DNA from: Mobula hypostoma
Taxonomy: Eukaryota
Direction of reading: 5' to 3'
Assembly: GCF_963921235.1 (NCBI RefSeq)
Contig: NC_086109.1
Coordinates: forward strand, 32,056,001-32,120,000
DNA length: 64,000 nt
Positions 37,980 to 49,945 of this stretch are shown piece by piece. Both the position numbers and the translations under genes were made by a program. The notes beneath the pieces are model-generated. The model was given only the letters and a program-made list of their open reading frames with translations. It searched no databases and was not told where the DNA came from. How positions within the stretch are numbered: the first letter of the stretch is position 1; each line of letters begins with the position of its first letter.

Positions 37980-38278
37980 AGAGAATATATTTGACCTGGT
38001 TTATACCAACAACCATGAAGCCTACAAGGCTGCCCCTCCCCCATACTCACCTCTGATACTTTTGCTAATCCTGCATATGGACCACCAGTTAAACAAGTCA
38101 AACCAGTTCAGAGGGAGATCAGGACCTCAGCCCTGCAGGACAGCTTTGAAAGCACAGGCTGGAGCATATTCAGGGAGGAAGCTAGCTACGCTCATCACAC
38201 CAACACTGAATATGCAGGATCAGTGACTGGCTACATAGGAAAATGCATTGAGGATGGTACTGTGATTAAATTCTACAC

Positions 38279-38583
38279 TGGCGGAGCAAAGTGGTTAAGG
38301 CATTCGTCTAGTGATCTGAAGGTTGCTAGTTTGACCCTTGGCTGAGGCAACGTGTTGTGTCCTTGAGCAAGACACTTAACTACACATTGCTCTGCAACGA
38401 CACCAGTGCCAAGCTGTGTGGGTCCTAATGCCCTTCCCTTGGACAGCATCGGTGTCCTGGAGAGGGGAGACTTGCAGCATGAGCAACTGCCCGTCTTCCA
38501 TACAATTTTGCCCAGTCCTGCGCCCTGGAAACCCAAGGCACAAATCCATGGTCTCACGAGACTAACGGATGCCTATATAAAAA
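38279..38583 (+). mobile_element. tRNA-derived SINE nested in Rex1
   Basis: A-box-like agtggttaagg, B-box-like gtttgaccc, then gtgtccttgagcaagacacttaac and an A-rich end. The 3' half resembles 46850-47050. Confidence 0.75.
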
Positions 38584-39450
38584 TGTGGAGCAAACCGGAA
38601 ACCACGGCTGACTGCAGAGGTCCGTGCACTGCTCAGGGATCAGGACGCTGCTTTCAGATCAGGGGATAGGATGACTCCAAGGTCAGCAGGAGCCACTCTC
38701 TCCCATGCCATCAGGAAGGTAAAGCATGAGTACTCACAGAAAATAAACAGACAACTTTGTGACACCGGGGACACACAGCATATTGTGGCAAGGTGTACAA
38801 ACCGTAACAGATTACCCAAATCCACCCTGCATATCAGTGACAGGGACACCTCCCTTCCCAGTAGGCTGAGTGCTTTGATTTGATGCAATCAATGATGCGA
38901 AATCGAGGAAAGCCCCATCTCCCTCCAAGGGACAGACACCCTGTGTGGCTGTAGCTGAGGTGAGGAGAATCGTAGCCCAGGTTAACCCACACAAAGCTGC
39001 AGGACCAGAAAACATAGCTGGTCAGGTGCTGAGGGAATGTGCAGCCCAGGTAACAGAGGTCTTAACAGACATAATTATTAATCTCTTTGAAATAGTCCGC
39101 TGTCCCTGCTGGTTTCAAGTCAGCCACCATCATTCAGGTGCGATGGTAACCAAGAGAGAAATGGCAACTGGCCTAAACAATTACCACCCAGTGCCACTGA
39201 CTTTAACAATCATGAAGAGGTTTGAGCATATAGCAATGGATCATATAAAATCCAATGTTCCAGCTACAGTGGACAATTTCCAGTTCACCTGCTGCTCAAA
39301 CCTGTCGACTGATGGTGCCATAGCCTTGGCTCTCCACTCTATTCTGTCCTACCTAGAAAACCATGCCTCCTATGTCAGGATGTTGTTCATCATCTTCAGC
39401 CTTCAGCTCAGTGCTTAACACAATCATCCCTCAGATGCTGGTGGGTAAAA

Positions 39451-39783
39451 CATAGTCATGGTCATAGTCATACTTTATTGATCCCGGGGGAAATTGTTTT
39501 TCATTACAGTTGCACCATAAATAATTAAATAGTAATAAAACCGTAAATAGTTAAATAGTAATTTGTAAATTATGCCAGGAAATAAGTCCAGGACAAGCCT
39601 ATTGGCTCAGGGTGCCTGACCCTCCAAGGGAGGAGTTGTAAAGTTTGATGGCCACATGCAGGAATGACTTCCTATGACGCTCTGCATTGCATCTCAGAGG
39701 AATGAGTCTCTGGCTGAATGTACTCCTGTTCCCAACCAGTACATTATGTAGTGGATGGGAGACGTTGTCCAAGATGGTATGCA
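39451..39783 (-). mobile_element. Rex1-type LINE 3' end with (TATGAC)n tail, nested in the older Rex1
   Basis: ORF ILDNVSHPLH...RC..ER.RKSFL..AIKLYN; tail catagtcatggtcatagtcatactttattgatccc. Confidence 0.8.
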
Positions 39784-40969
39784 ACGTCCTCGTTGGGACT
39801 CAGTACTCCTCTCTGTAACTGGATCTAGAACTTCCTGTCAGAAGGAACCCAGACAGTCCGAGGAGGGAGCAACATCTCAAGCCCCATCGGGAAATTGGAC
39901 AGACTCGTGAAATTTGGAGAAGGCACCACACCAAATCTGCATTAGAGGGTCCCCATTGGCTCTTTAGCTCCTTCATTCCAGGCACTTGACTAATATCTCG
40001 TCAGCTTGTGCAGAAAATCATTTTTGTGATCTAGCTCCCGAAGTGGAGTGGATTTGCACTGTAGAACTCACAATGCAGTCAGGGACCAGAGCAGTGGCTT
40101 GGAGCCACTAACTGCACTGGAGTGGATGGTTGACGGGGTTGGGGGTTTGTGTGGGACTGGAGGGTAAGGGGCAGAGAGTTTTGTGGACAGTGACAGTGGA
40201 GGTACAGTAGTGATTCTCCTTTTCCCTCCTCACGTTTGTACAGCTCTTGCTATTGCTGCCATCTCTGCAGGCAGGTGGCAATGGGAATCGTGTGAATTGT
40301 GTCTTGGCATAACATTTTGAGAGAAAACACACTAATGACCTGTATTATATGATAAACATCTCCAAGGTTTCCATATTTTGGAGCTCCCTCACAATGTGTT
40401 AGGACTAAACATCGCTGATTCTTGCTCCTGTTTAAGTTTTCATGTTCTTAATGAGAACAATGATATATAATCTGATGTTTACATTGTTGTGCAAACCAGT
40501 CAGCTGAAATGTAATGTTAGGACTAGCATTAACTAAAAATGGATAAAAGGATTTGCTAAATGGAGTTTGCAATCCTGCAGGATGTCATTACCTATTAGTC
40601 AGAGATTACACACTTGGACTCAAAATGGAAAAGTTGCTCTCTAAAATGCAACAAGCAGATTTTTTACTTGACTTGTTGTCTGATGAAGCAAATATAGCTT
40701 GTAGCTATTCTGCGTTTCATCAAGGACACAGAGCATACAAATTGCATTTGAAAGCCGTCCAGCAAATCTAGCATTCTGCTGTGCAGTGTGCAAACTAGGA
40801 GGGTCATGTTCTGCTCCATCCAGACAAACCACTTCCAACCCAAGGATCGCAATGCTTTCATGAGTGAAGTTCCTAATTTGGACTCAGGATCTTGTTCAAG
40901 GCCTGGAGTCTGCGCCCTCATCCAACTCCGCATTTGTCATCATCAGCTAGTCCTGGGTCAATACCAAAG

Positions 40970-41135
40970 ATCAAAGCGCAACGGTTGATCAGAGGCCCAG
41001 CTCAAAGTCCACTGGTCAATCAGAGGCTCAGATCGAAGCCCAGTAGTCAGTCAGAGGCCCAGATCGAAGCCTAACGGCCAATCAGAGGCCCAGGCCGAAG
41101 CCTGAAGGTTGATGGGAAGTCCAGATCGTAGCCCA
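40970..41135. repeat. Degenerate ~30-bp tandem repeat, about 5 copies
   Basis: Recurrent tcagaggcccagatcgaagcc core; probably internal to an interspersed repeat that extends to ~41445. Confidence 0.7.
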
Positions 41136-42859
41136 AAGGGGCCCAGTGTCTGTTAATCCACGAGTCTACTAGATGCTGAAGAGTATCTGGGGATAGAGGA
41201 TTATGTATGTGCCTGGGTGGGAAAGAGGGTGCAACAGAGCTTGTTTCACTTTGTTGCTTGGTTCTGTTTTGTTGTGTACTGTGTTGTTCTGCCAAGCATT
41301 GTGGACATGCTATGTTGGCGCCAGAATGTGTGGTGACACTTGTAGGCATCACCCCCCCCCCCAACCTCCAGCACATCCTTGTGTATGATGGTTAACACAA
41401 ACAACAAATATCCCTGTATGGTTCGTTGTACATGTGCACGATTCAATCGAAGCCCCTCTGTGGGGATCGGGATCTGCAGCTACGGCCGGCGGCCATCAAC
41501 ACAGCGCTGAGCTGAGTGACTCAGTGGCTGGGAACATTGCCAGCGGTTGCTGAACCGACTTCTGGACTATCTTCACTTGCCTCGGTAGCTCATGGCTGTG
41601 AACTCACTTTTGGGAATTCTGCGGTTCGATGATTAATGTGTGTGTCGTTAGTTCGCTTTTTTGTTGTTTGTGTGACTTGTTCCTTGTTTTTGCACATTCG
41701 ATGGTCAGGTTGTGTGAGGTTCTATGGTGTTTCTTTGTTTTGTGGCTGCCTGCAGGAAGGCAAATCTCTGTATCCATACCTAGGTAATAGATGCGCTTTG
41801 AAATTTAAATAGATATGAATCTGAATCCTCAGCTTTGGCCAAGTAACCCTTAAAGGACCTGAAAGGGAAATCACTCCTTCCTAACAACAGGCTGCTGAAT
41901 TCTGGAAATGTGCTGCCTGAGAGGTGGTGGGGGCAAGTATTTTCATAATATTTAAGGAACATTTAAACAAGGCTACTGACCACGTGCAGGTAAACAGTGG
42001 CCATAGGCAGGTTAATGCAACGTGACATGGTGGACTGAAGGAACTCCTCCTCTGCCGTAAACCTCCATGAGCTCTGTGAGATAACTCGACGTATTCAGTG
42101 GGAAGTCAGCATCTTTCACCATCCTGGACATTCTCCAAAGCATGGTCCAATAAAAACTGCTGCATCACATGTCCAGGGGCCTTGGTTTGATCCTGACCTC
42201 ATGTGCTCAATATGCAGAGTTTGCATGCACTCCCTGTGACTACAGATGCATTTCTTATTCCCTTATCTCAATATCATAATTGTGAACCGGAACTTACTCC
42301 TTAGTGTAAAGACAAAAAGTATAAAAGGCAGTTGATGGGCATTTTAGATGAGAATAAGTTACAGACTCACACATAGGTAACGGGGGGGCGGGGGGGTAGA
42401 TTAGTGGGATTGTTCCCTTGGTGGGGTGATAGCATGGATCTGATGGATGGAGAGAATTTCTTCTGTTGTTATGGATAAGAACATAAAGCAGCAAGGGTTT
42501 TCAAAGGAACCATGCATCTTAAGTTCCACGAAACTGTGAAACTTATAGCAAACTGTGTTTGCTACCAACTTATAACTTCAACTAACTGTAGCCTTTTGGG
42601 AGTTATGTCCTCTCTTACAACAATTCCAAAAGATACACGACTTGAAAATTCAGCAAACAAAAATATATAATCCTCCACAAGAAAATTCAAGTGTCACTCT
42701 AAATACTGCCTCAGCAGATTTCTGCTATTGCCATGGGAATACTGGCCTTCAAGCTGGCCAAAACAGATCTTAAAGATGCCATGTGAAATAGACCCAGTGA
42801 GCTGAGCATTCTGTCAGTTTGAAATCTGCACAGTTCTTCATTGACATTCGAGTGGGTTC

Positions 42860-43315
42860 AAAGGAGATTCACAGAAGTGATTCAGGATTTAGAGGATTGT
42901 CAAATGAAGAGCATTTGATTGCACTCACTGGAATTCAGAAGGATGAGGGGTGACCGAATTGAAACCTATTGAATGGTGAAAGGCCTCAATAGGGAGGATG
43001 TGGAGATTATGTTTCCTAAAGTGGGAGAGTCCAAGACCAGAGGACACAGCCTCAGAATCGAGGGGTGTCCTTCTAGAACAGAGATGAAGAGGAATTTCTT
43101 TAGCCAAACAGTGGTGAATCTGTGGGAATTCAATTCCACAGGCAACTGTGGAGGCCATTGGGCATATTTAAGGCAGAGGTTGACAGATTCGTGATTGGTC
43201 AGGGCATGAGGGGATATAGGGAGAAGGCAGGAGATTGGACCAGCCATGAAGATATGGCAGAGCAGACAAGCTGGGCCAAATGGCCTAATTCTGCTCCTAT
43301 ATCTTGTGGTCGTAT
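42860..43315 (+). mobile_element. Old CR1 3' fragment
   Basis: MFPKVGESKTRGHSLRIEG..RNFFSQTVVNLW. Confidence 0.85.
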
Positions 43316-43444
43316 GGTTCACCATTATCATGTGCAAGATGGGAATAATTCCACTAGGTAGTCCATATTAGGAGATATGGGTAAATATTTTCAGATTCAC
43401 TACACAGGTGTAATGAACAGCTATTTTAAAAGTTTTTTCACTTT

Positions 43445-43837
43445 CATGGGGGGATCTCATTGAAACCTACCAAATGTTGAAAGGACTAGACAGAGTGGAT
43501 GTAGAGAGGATGTTCCCTCTGGTGGGGATATCCAGAATTAGAGGGCACAGCCTCAAAATTGAGGTACGACCTTTTAGAACAGAATTAAGGATGGATTTTT
43601 TTTAGCAAAGAATGGTGAATCTGTAGAATACTCTGCCACAGACTATGGTGGAGGCCAAGTCCGTGGGTATGTTCAAAGAGGAAGTTGATAGATCCCTGAT
43701 TGGTCAGAGCATCAGGGGATATGGTGAGAGGGCAGGCGTATGGGCCTGAATGAGATTCAGGATCAGCCTTGATGAAATACCAGAGCAGAATCAATAAGCT
43801 GAATGGCCTAATTCTGCTCCTGCCTTATGGTCTTATG
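43445..43837 (+). mobile_element. Second old CR1 3' fragment
   Basis: ggggatctcattgaaacctac...gggcacagcctcaaaatt...tail cttatggtcttatgg. Confidence 0.85.
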
Positions 43838-45699
43838 GAGAACAATTGCAGGTGAAAAGTCCTTCAAAGTATTCCAATGAATGCTGCTTATCTCTGTATC
43901 TTTGACCTACAAACCATCTGCTGGAGCAGGCTGAGCAACATCCAGGAGGGTAAAGGGACTGATGATGCTCCAGGCTGAAATTCTGCATCAGGACTTGATC
44001 ACTGGGCCCATTGGTATACTTACTAGCTCAGAACTTACATGCAAAAAAATTGCACTACACAATTCAATCTTCAGTAAGAGATGTCAGTTACAGTAGGACA
44101 TTGACGGCTTATCTCAATGAATTTTCTTCCTTTCCGATCTTTGCGCGTCTGAAGTACTAACGCAAGATGAAAAGCTATAGCTTAGTACAGCCATCCTCAC
44201 AGAGTATCTTACATGCAGAGACCTGGACTCCTAAATCATAAACCTGAAATACATCTGGCAGGGCAGTAAGAGGCATACAAGTGAGAGGAAGCTACTGGGA
44301 GGCCTCATATTGACATCAGATTCCATGAATTTTCATGGCACCTAGTTAGACACAAACACGAAAGAATTCTGCTGATTACCATCTACTCTCGTCCCACAGT
44401 TGCTGAATCAAAACTCTGCCAACTGTCTGCAATGGTGCTAACTAGCCAGTCTAGATAATCAGCTATGAAATACTTTACCAAATCTGTTGATCAGGAACAA
44501 AGAAAGATGGGAGATACTGTAAATCTACTTAACCACCCCTTCATTAATCTTTATCAAATATAATTGTAACATACAGTAAAATAGTCAAGCAATGCCATTC
44601 CTATATAAATACAGCATTGAAGTAAATCTTAAGAGATCCAAAAGCATAAGTACATTACTGCTCTGCAAAAATATATTTCTCCAAATACAAAATATTTGCA
44701 ATGGGATCTCTACAAAAGCAGTAATGGAACAAAGCATCCACAAGAGTGTCAGGTGGTGTAGGTGTCATTCAGAACCCCATTTACCTGTAATGAATTGGAA
44801 TATGATCATTTATTTTTTTGCAGTTTTCTATTCCAGGTCCATTTATTGGCTTGTTTGCCAGTCACATAGTAAAATTGAATCCATGTCCACTTTACTCTTC
44901 TATTCTAATGTGAACTTCAGTGCAATGTCAATATTAATGGTAGCTGCAAGTTACAGTTAGTTGTTCAGGTCCGGTCTCACAGATCTATTGAATAAATCAA
45001 GTACTGAGTAGCTGCATGTGAGCGACTCACGGTGTATTTTTGATGCTAAAAGGCCTCCCAGAATAGTGGGATACAATCTTGTGCAGTTAACCCAACAGAA
45101 GTGTGTGATACATCCTTATTAAGGAATTGAAATACTACTAGGAATTATTATCAGGAGGATTGTTAAGGCTATGATTAGTGATTAAATTGTCTGCTGGAAC
45201 TCATTAAAGAGACTGCGTTCTTATTGGGTGGCTAGCTTTTCAATTAATGACCTCTGCTAATAGCAACCACCTTTCCTAGGGTAACAATGTCAAAAGTAAG
45301 AATCCTCAACTGCACTTAAAAAATGTCCATAATATCCTACAATTCCAACCAAAATCTCCTGTAATACTCTATAAAAATGAGCTGGGATTTGCAACAAACA
45401 GAGCTCATTGTTCATGCCTTGTACAGCTACCTGTGGCCTTTTTATGGACTGCGGTGTGGCAATTAGCGATCCCTTTTTTAACCTGCCCTGCAGATGGGAT
45501 TTGATATCTGCAAGAGCAGAATCAGCAACAATGCATCTTTCCAACATATCAAAGGAGAGAAGTCTCACTTAGACAGATGGTGTCTCAAGCAGCATAAATC
45601 TGGATATTCAGGCTAATACATAATTTAAAACATTTACAGGTAGCAAGCTCCTGAAAACTTAACAAATCGGCAACTAGACTTGAGACAGCAATGGATCTG

Positions 45700-45820
45700 A
45701 GAAGAGACCGGGTTCAATCACGGTCTCAGATGCTGGCTGTGTGGAGTTTGCATGTTCTCCTTGCGACTGTGTGGGTTTCCTCTGGGTGTGCCAGTTTCCT
45801 TCCAATTCCCACATATGTGG
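45700..45820 (+). mobile_element. V-SINE fragment
   Basis: ggttcaatc B box followed by gtggagtttgcatgttctcc..gtgggtttcctctgggtgtgccagtttcc. Confidence 0.75.
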
Positions 45821-46479
45821 AAGGTGTGGACCCAGTGAGCTGAGCAGCTTACTTGCTGGCTATATCCTTCTGTGACTATGACTTCAAATTTGACAATATC
45901 AAGTTAGACTTATTCTTCAAGGTAAATTAAAAGATTGGATGTATAATGGCAATCAGTGAGTGCACATGCAGCTACTGGAAAGGCAGGGAATGCAGTTGCC
46001 AACCAAAGCCCAGTTGCTAGGGTTCAAGTCACAACTAGTATATACTAACTCGTGGTTCGTATAAGACTGCTTTTACCATCAAGAGGCATAAGAGTACAGT
46101 TTCACACACTTACAATACTCTCAACTCCAATCCCAGGAATATGAGAAGCATCACTGGTTGCAAATTGTAGAATGTTGTAGGAGATTTTAGTGGGAATTGT
46201 GGATATTATGACAGATTTAAATTCTACTGAGAACCTGTGTGTTACCTATAAAGGAAGCTAAATTAGATTGTCTGTAAATATAGCTCTTAAAGAATACTGG
46301 TAAACAATCCAGTTATCGTATTGAAACTAACAAGTCCCAGGACGTAAAAGCAATGCACTCATCTGTTGTATGAGGTAGCGTAGGTATAATTCCATCAGGA
46401 AATCAATTTTAAGAAAAGAGAAGACTTTTGTTGAAAAGTTCAGCTTTTTCTAGTGTGGTATTGGTTTCGAAGGTTGTCA

Positions 46480-47050
46480 TAGCCGGGGGTGGTAGTGGGG
46501 ATAAGCTCCCACTACCTATAAAGTGCTCTAACAGCCTCTAACAACCAAGTCCAACTTTTGGCCTTCACGTGTAGCTTAGCAACTAGGCCCGGCAGAACTG
46601 TTTCTATTGACAGGAAAGGGGGCAAAGGCAGGCCACTGGCACCTCAAAACCAGTTACTTCGGGCAGGTGGGTCTCATCAGCTTTGGAGAGCAGACCGCCC
46701 AGGAGAAGGAAAGCTCTGATTTTAAACCTCCTCTGCCTTGCGGCCATACCCACCCATGGGAAAGGCTTCAGGAGCAAACCCTGAGGAAGAAATCTGGAGC
46801 CGGGGTCCAGAAAGCAGTTTGATGTTGTTTACATCTTCACTCTGGCATCCTCTGTGACGACACTGGTGCCAAGCTGTATCAGCGCTTGCCCTTCCCTTGG
46901 ACTACATCAGTAACGCAGAGAAGGGGAATCCGCTGCTGCATGGGCAACAGCTGGTTCTTCAAATCTTCCTGCCCAGGCTTGTATCCTGGAGAGGACACAG
47001 TCCACCAGAGGCACCAACCCATGATCCCCTGGAAGATGACAACTGCCTAC
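46480..47050 (+). mobile_element. Interspersed repeat sharing its 3' half with the SINE at 38279
   Basis: gacgacactggtgccaagctgt..tgcccttcccttggac..gcatgggcaac is present in both; the 5' part differs. Confidence 0.55.
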
Positions 47051-49599
47051 CAGTGTAGTATAATTTCCATCCTGTACTCAATCACAAAATAAAAATGTTT
47101 TAATTATTCATCTCATTGTTTTTGCTGGAATGTCCAGACCCTTTTTTTTCAATAAACTTAAAAGTTGATCCTTCTTCCCTACTACCAATGCAAAACCCTT
47201 CATTTTGAATCCTTCATTCAAGGGCATTTTAAATAGCCTGTGATCAGAAAAACTGTTCATTGAAGGTTAGTTCAATGCAGATGACAGCTGTCGTTTCCCT
47301 CCATGGATTCTAACAGGTTCAGGATTCCACAGATACAGGCAGAAGTGATAGAACAAAACTTCCCAGTGATTCCACAACAAGGCTCTGATATTGGACTTCT
47401 CATTGAGTTGTGTGGTAAAGTCCAACATTGCAGTATTACTCAGGGGAATCCATTTGGACCTGCTGTTTGTGGTTAGTGGTGGGGCAGTTACAAGTGTTAA
47501 TGTTTTAAGTAAGATTTTTTTAACTGTTCATTTGAATGTTTTAATTTCAAACTTCTGTATTTTTAATTTTAAATACACTTACTAATTTTAAATAGTTTTG
47601 ACAAGTTTGCAATGTCAGAAGCACTCAATAATTTTTGACATTCAACAGCCAGTTAACTTGGCACTCAAGATCTAGTTAGTTGAGGATTTTTTTTCCCAAC
47701 GTTTCCATGGGCACGGCCTGTTAAACTATTGTGAATCCCATCCTCAACAGGTAAAAAGATAAGACATTACCAAGCACTACATTGCTGTCTTAGAGAAATC
47801 TTCATCCAAAGTTTTCAATAGTAGATGCTTAAAAAAAACTGAGTGGGAACTTAGCACAGATAACTTAGCAGTGAGCACAGGTAATTTGCTATTGACTGCA
47901 AATTCCAAACTGTTAAACGTTCTTCTGCGATAATCATCCACACTGACTCCCTGTTCCAAGAAGCTTAATTCCCACTTTTACTAAAAGTAATACTCTTCAC
48001 TATGTTGATTTTCTTTTTCATGAAAACTCATCAACATAGAAATTACACTTCTTCATTCCCATTCTCAGAGTAGCAGCATAGAGTATTTGAACCGATGTTC
48101 ATTTGCAGATAAGGAGAAACAGCAGCAAAGCTGTCAGTTGGAAAGGATTTTTTTTGGTCATGAATAGAACATGCAGCCTGGTGCCACAACGGGCTTTGAT
48201 CAGATCAGAGTCTTAAGCAATACAGTTCACTATCACAGAGCTGTGTTCAACTCAAGAGATTACCTACATAGTTCCAAAACCCAATTTCAATATCAAAGAA
48301 AAGACAGACATTTGCACAAGACAAGCTTCATATTGAAGAACTTGGGCATGCGTGATGAGGACTTATTACTACAATTTGTACTTGTATACAAAACAAGTTC
48401 TGTCATTATTTCTGAGGAAAGATCATGTTTGGCTAAGTATCAATTTTATGCAGTCTAAATATTCATGGCGCACAGTTTGTATATTTTCCAAGTGCAATCC
48501 TCCAAGTGCATTCATGTCTCCAGAGAATTGTTGTTTGCTGCAGTATCCTAAAAACACAGCTGATTTATTTTCTCATTACTTATTCATTTTATTTGCTCTT
48601 TCTCAGTTATTCCATCAGCATCCTGACAGAAGATAGGCAAAATGTCAGAGTCTCTTTCCCCTAGCTCTAGAGCTAACCTTATGCACAGCTGCACAGAGCA
48701 GTAGATGTATTTCTGTAAATAAGAGCAGAATTGAACAGACTGATATACTTTGGTTGCACAAATACGGCAAAGACTGTTTCCAGTGCCGAAATCAATGACT
48801 TTTTTATATCACCGCAAATTAATATCTGAAGCAGAAAACCAGCCTTTAAATTCCAGTAAGCATTTTACGATCTTTATCACAATTTCCAAATTTAAAATAT
48901 TCAGTTTTATTAAAAGAAGTGTAAAATTGCATTACTTATCTTTCACCTACTTTTTAAATCTGTCACGTGATAATTGTCTGGACATCATAGTAAAATCACT
49001 CAGTCACCGGCAATATAAGGACCCAATTAAAGGAAAGTTACTTACCATTACGCCCAACTTTCATAATTCTTAAAAATGTCATCAAGCTAATTAACCAATG
49101 TTAATTAATCACTTGTATAATCTGTAAGTGGTTAATAAACACCTCAAACTAACCACTAAATTGCAGGACTGACTTAAATAAACTGCTACTCAAAAAAAAA
49201 GAGAACATCAATTTTAGGTTGTTAAGGGAGGAAAATTGTATTGCGAAGGAAAACATCAATTGGGATCTTGAGATAATATTAATCCACATCTCTTTGGCCA
49301 GGTGCATGATGCACACGGAATGATGATCACTTCACCATCAAGATCGTAGTGTTCGGCCAACATTAATTATCCTGCTTATTTATTTTGTTAGTGTTAGTGC
49401 ATATCAAAAGAATCCAGTCTTTGACACTGATGCCAATGACCACCTAACTAATTCTAACTGAAACCATGTCTGTGCCTTTAAAGGGGAGATGCACTTCTCC
49501 TGTAACTATTGATTGAAATCATTACAAATACTCAGTTCTAGGCAAAAATGAGTAGGGGCAGATATTGTAACTTCTCTGCAATTGCTCTGAAAGCCCAGC

Positions 49600-49945
49600 T
49601 GGTCAGGCCAAGGAGAAGGAGAAAGGCCCTTCTGTCAAGACAAGGAAGAGGAGAAAGGCCCTCATGTCAAGCCCAGGAGGAGAGAGACCCTCGTGTCAAG
49701 CCAAGGAGGTAGAAAATGGCCCTCTAATCAAGCCAAGGAAGACAGGGGCCCTCATGTCAAGCCAAGGAGGAGGAGAGAGGCCCTTGTGTGAAGCCAAGGA
49801 GGAGAAGAGAGGCTTTCTTGTCAAGCCAAGGAGGTAGAAAAGGGCCCTCTAATCAGGTCAAGGAGGTGGAGAGAGGCCTTCCTGTCAAACCAAGGAAGTG
49901 GAGCAAGGCCCTTTTGTCAAGCTAGGGGGGAGGAGAAAGGTCCTC
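49600..49945. repeat. Degenerate 30-32-bp purine-rich minisatellite, about 11 copies
   Basis: Recurrent gtcaagccaaggagg(a/t)gagaaaggccct unit. Confidence 0.9.

Larger units (their letters stand above)
37400..39885 (+). mobile_element. Rex1/Babar LINE, decayed endonuclease and RT region with three nested insertions
   Basis: CRPFY.P, VYI.P, IIAGDFNHAN, VNPHKAAGPENIAG.VLRECA, NNYHPVPLT..IMKRFE, QF...NLSTDGAI and YVRMLFI.FS. Confidence 0.85.

Noticed and set aside
47777..47959. Protein-like 60-aa minus-strand ORF
   Set aside because: The nearest plausible splice sites do not give an open frame, and there is no recognisable homology.
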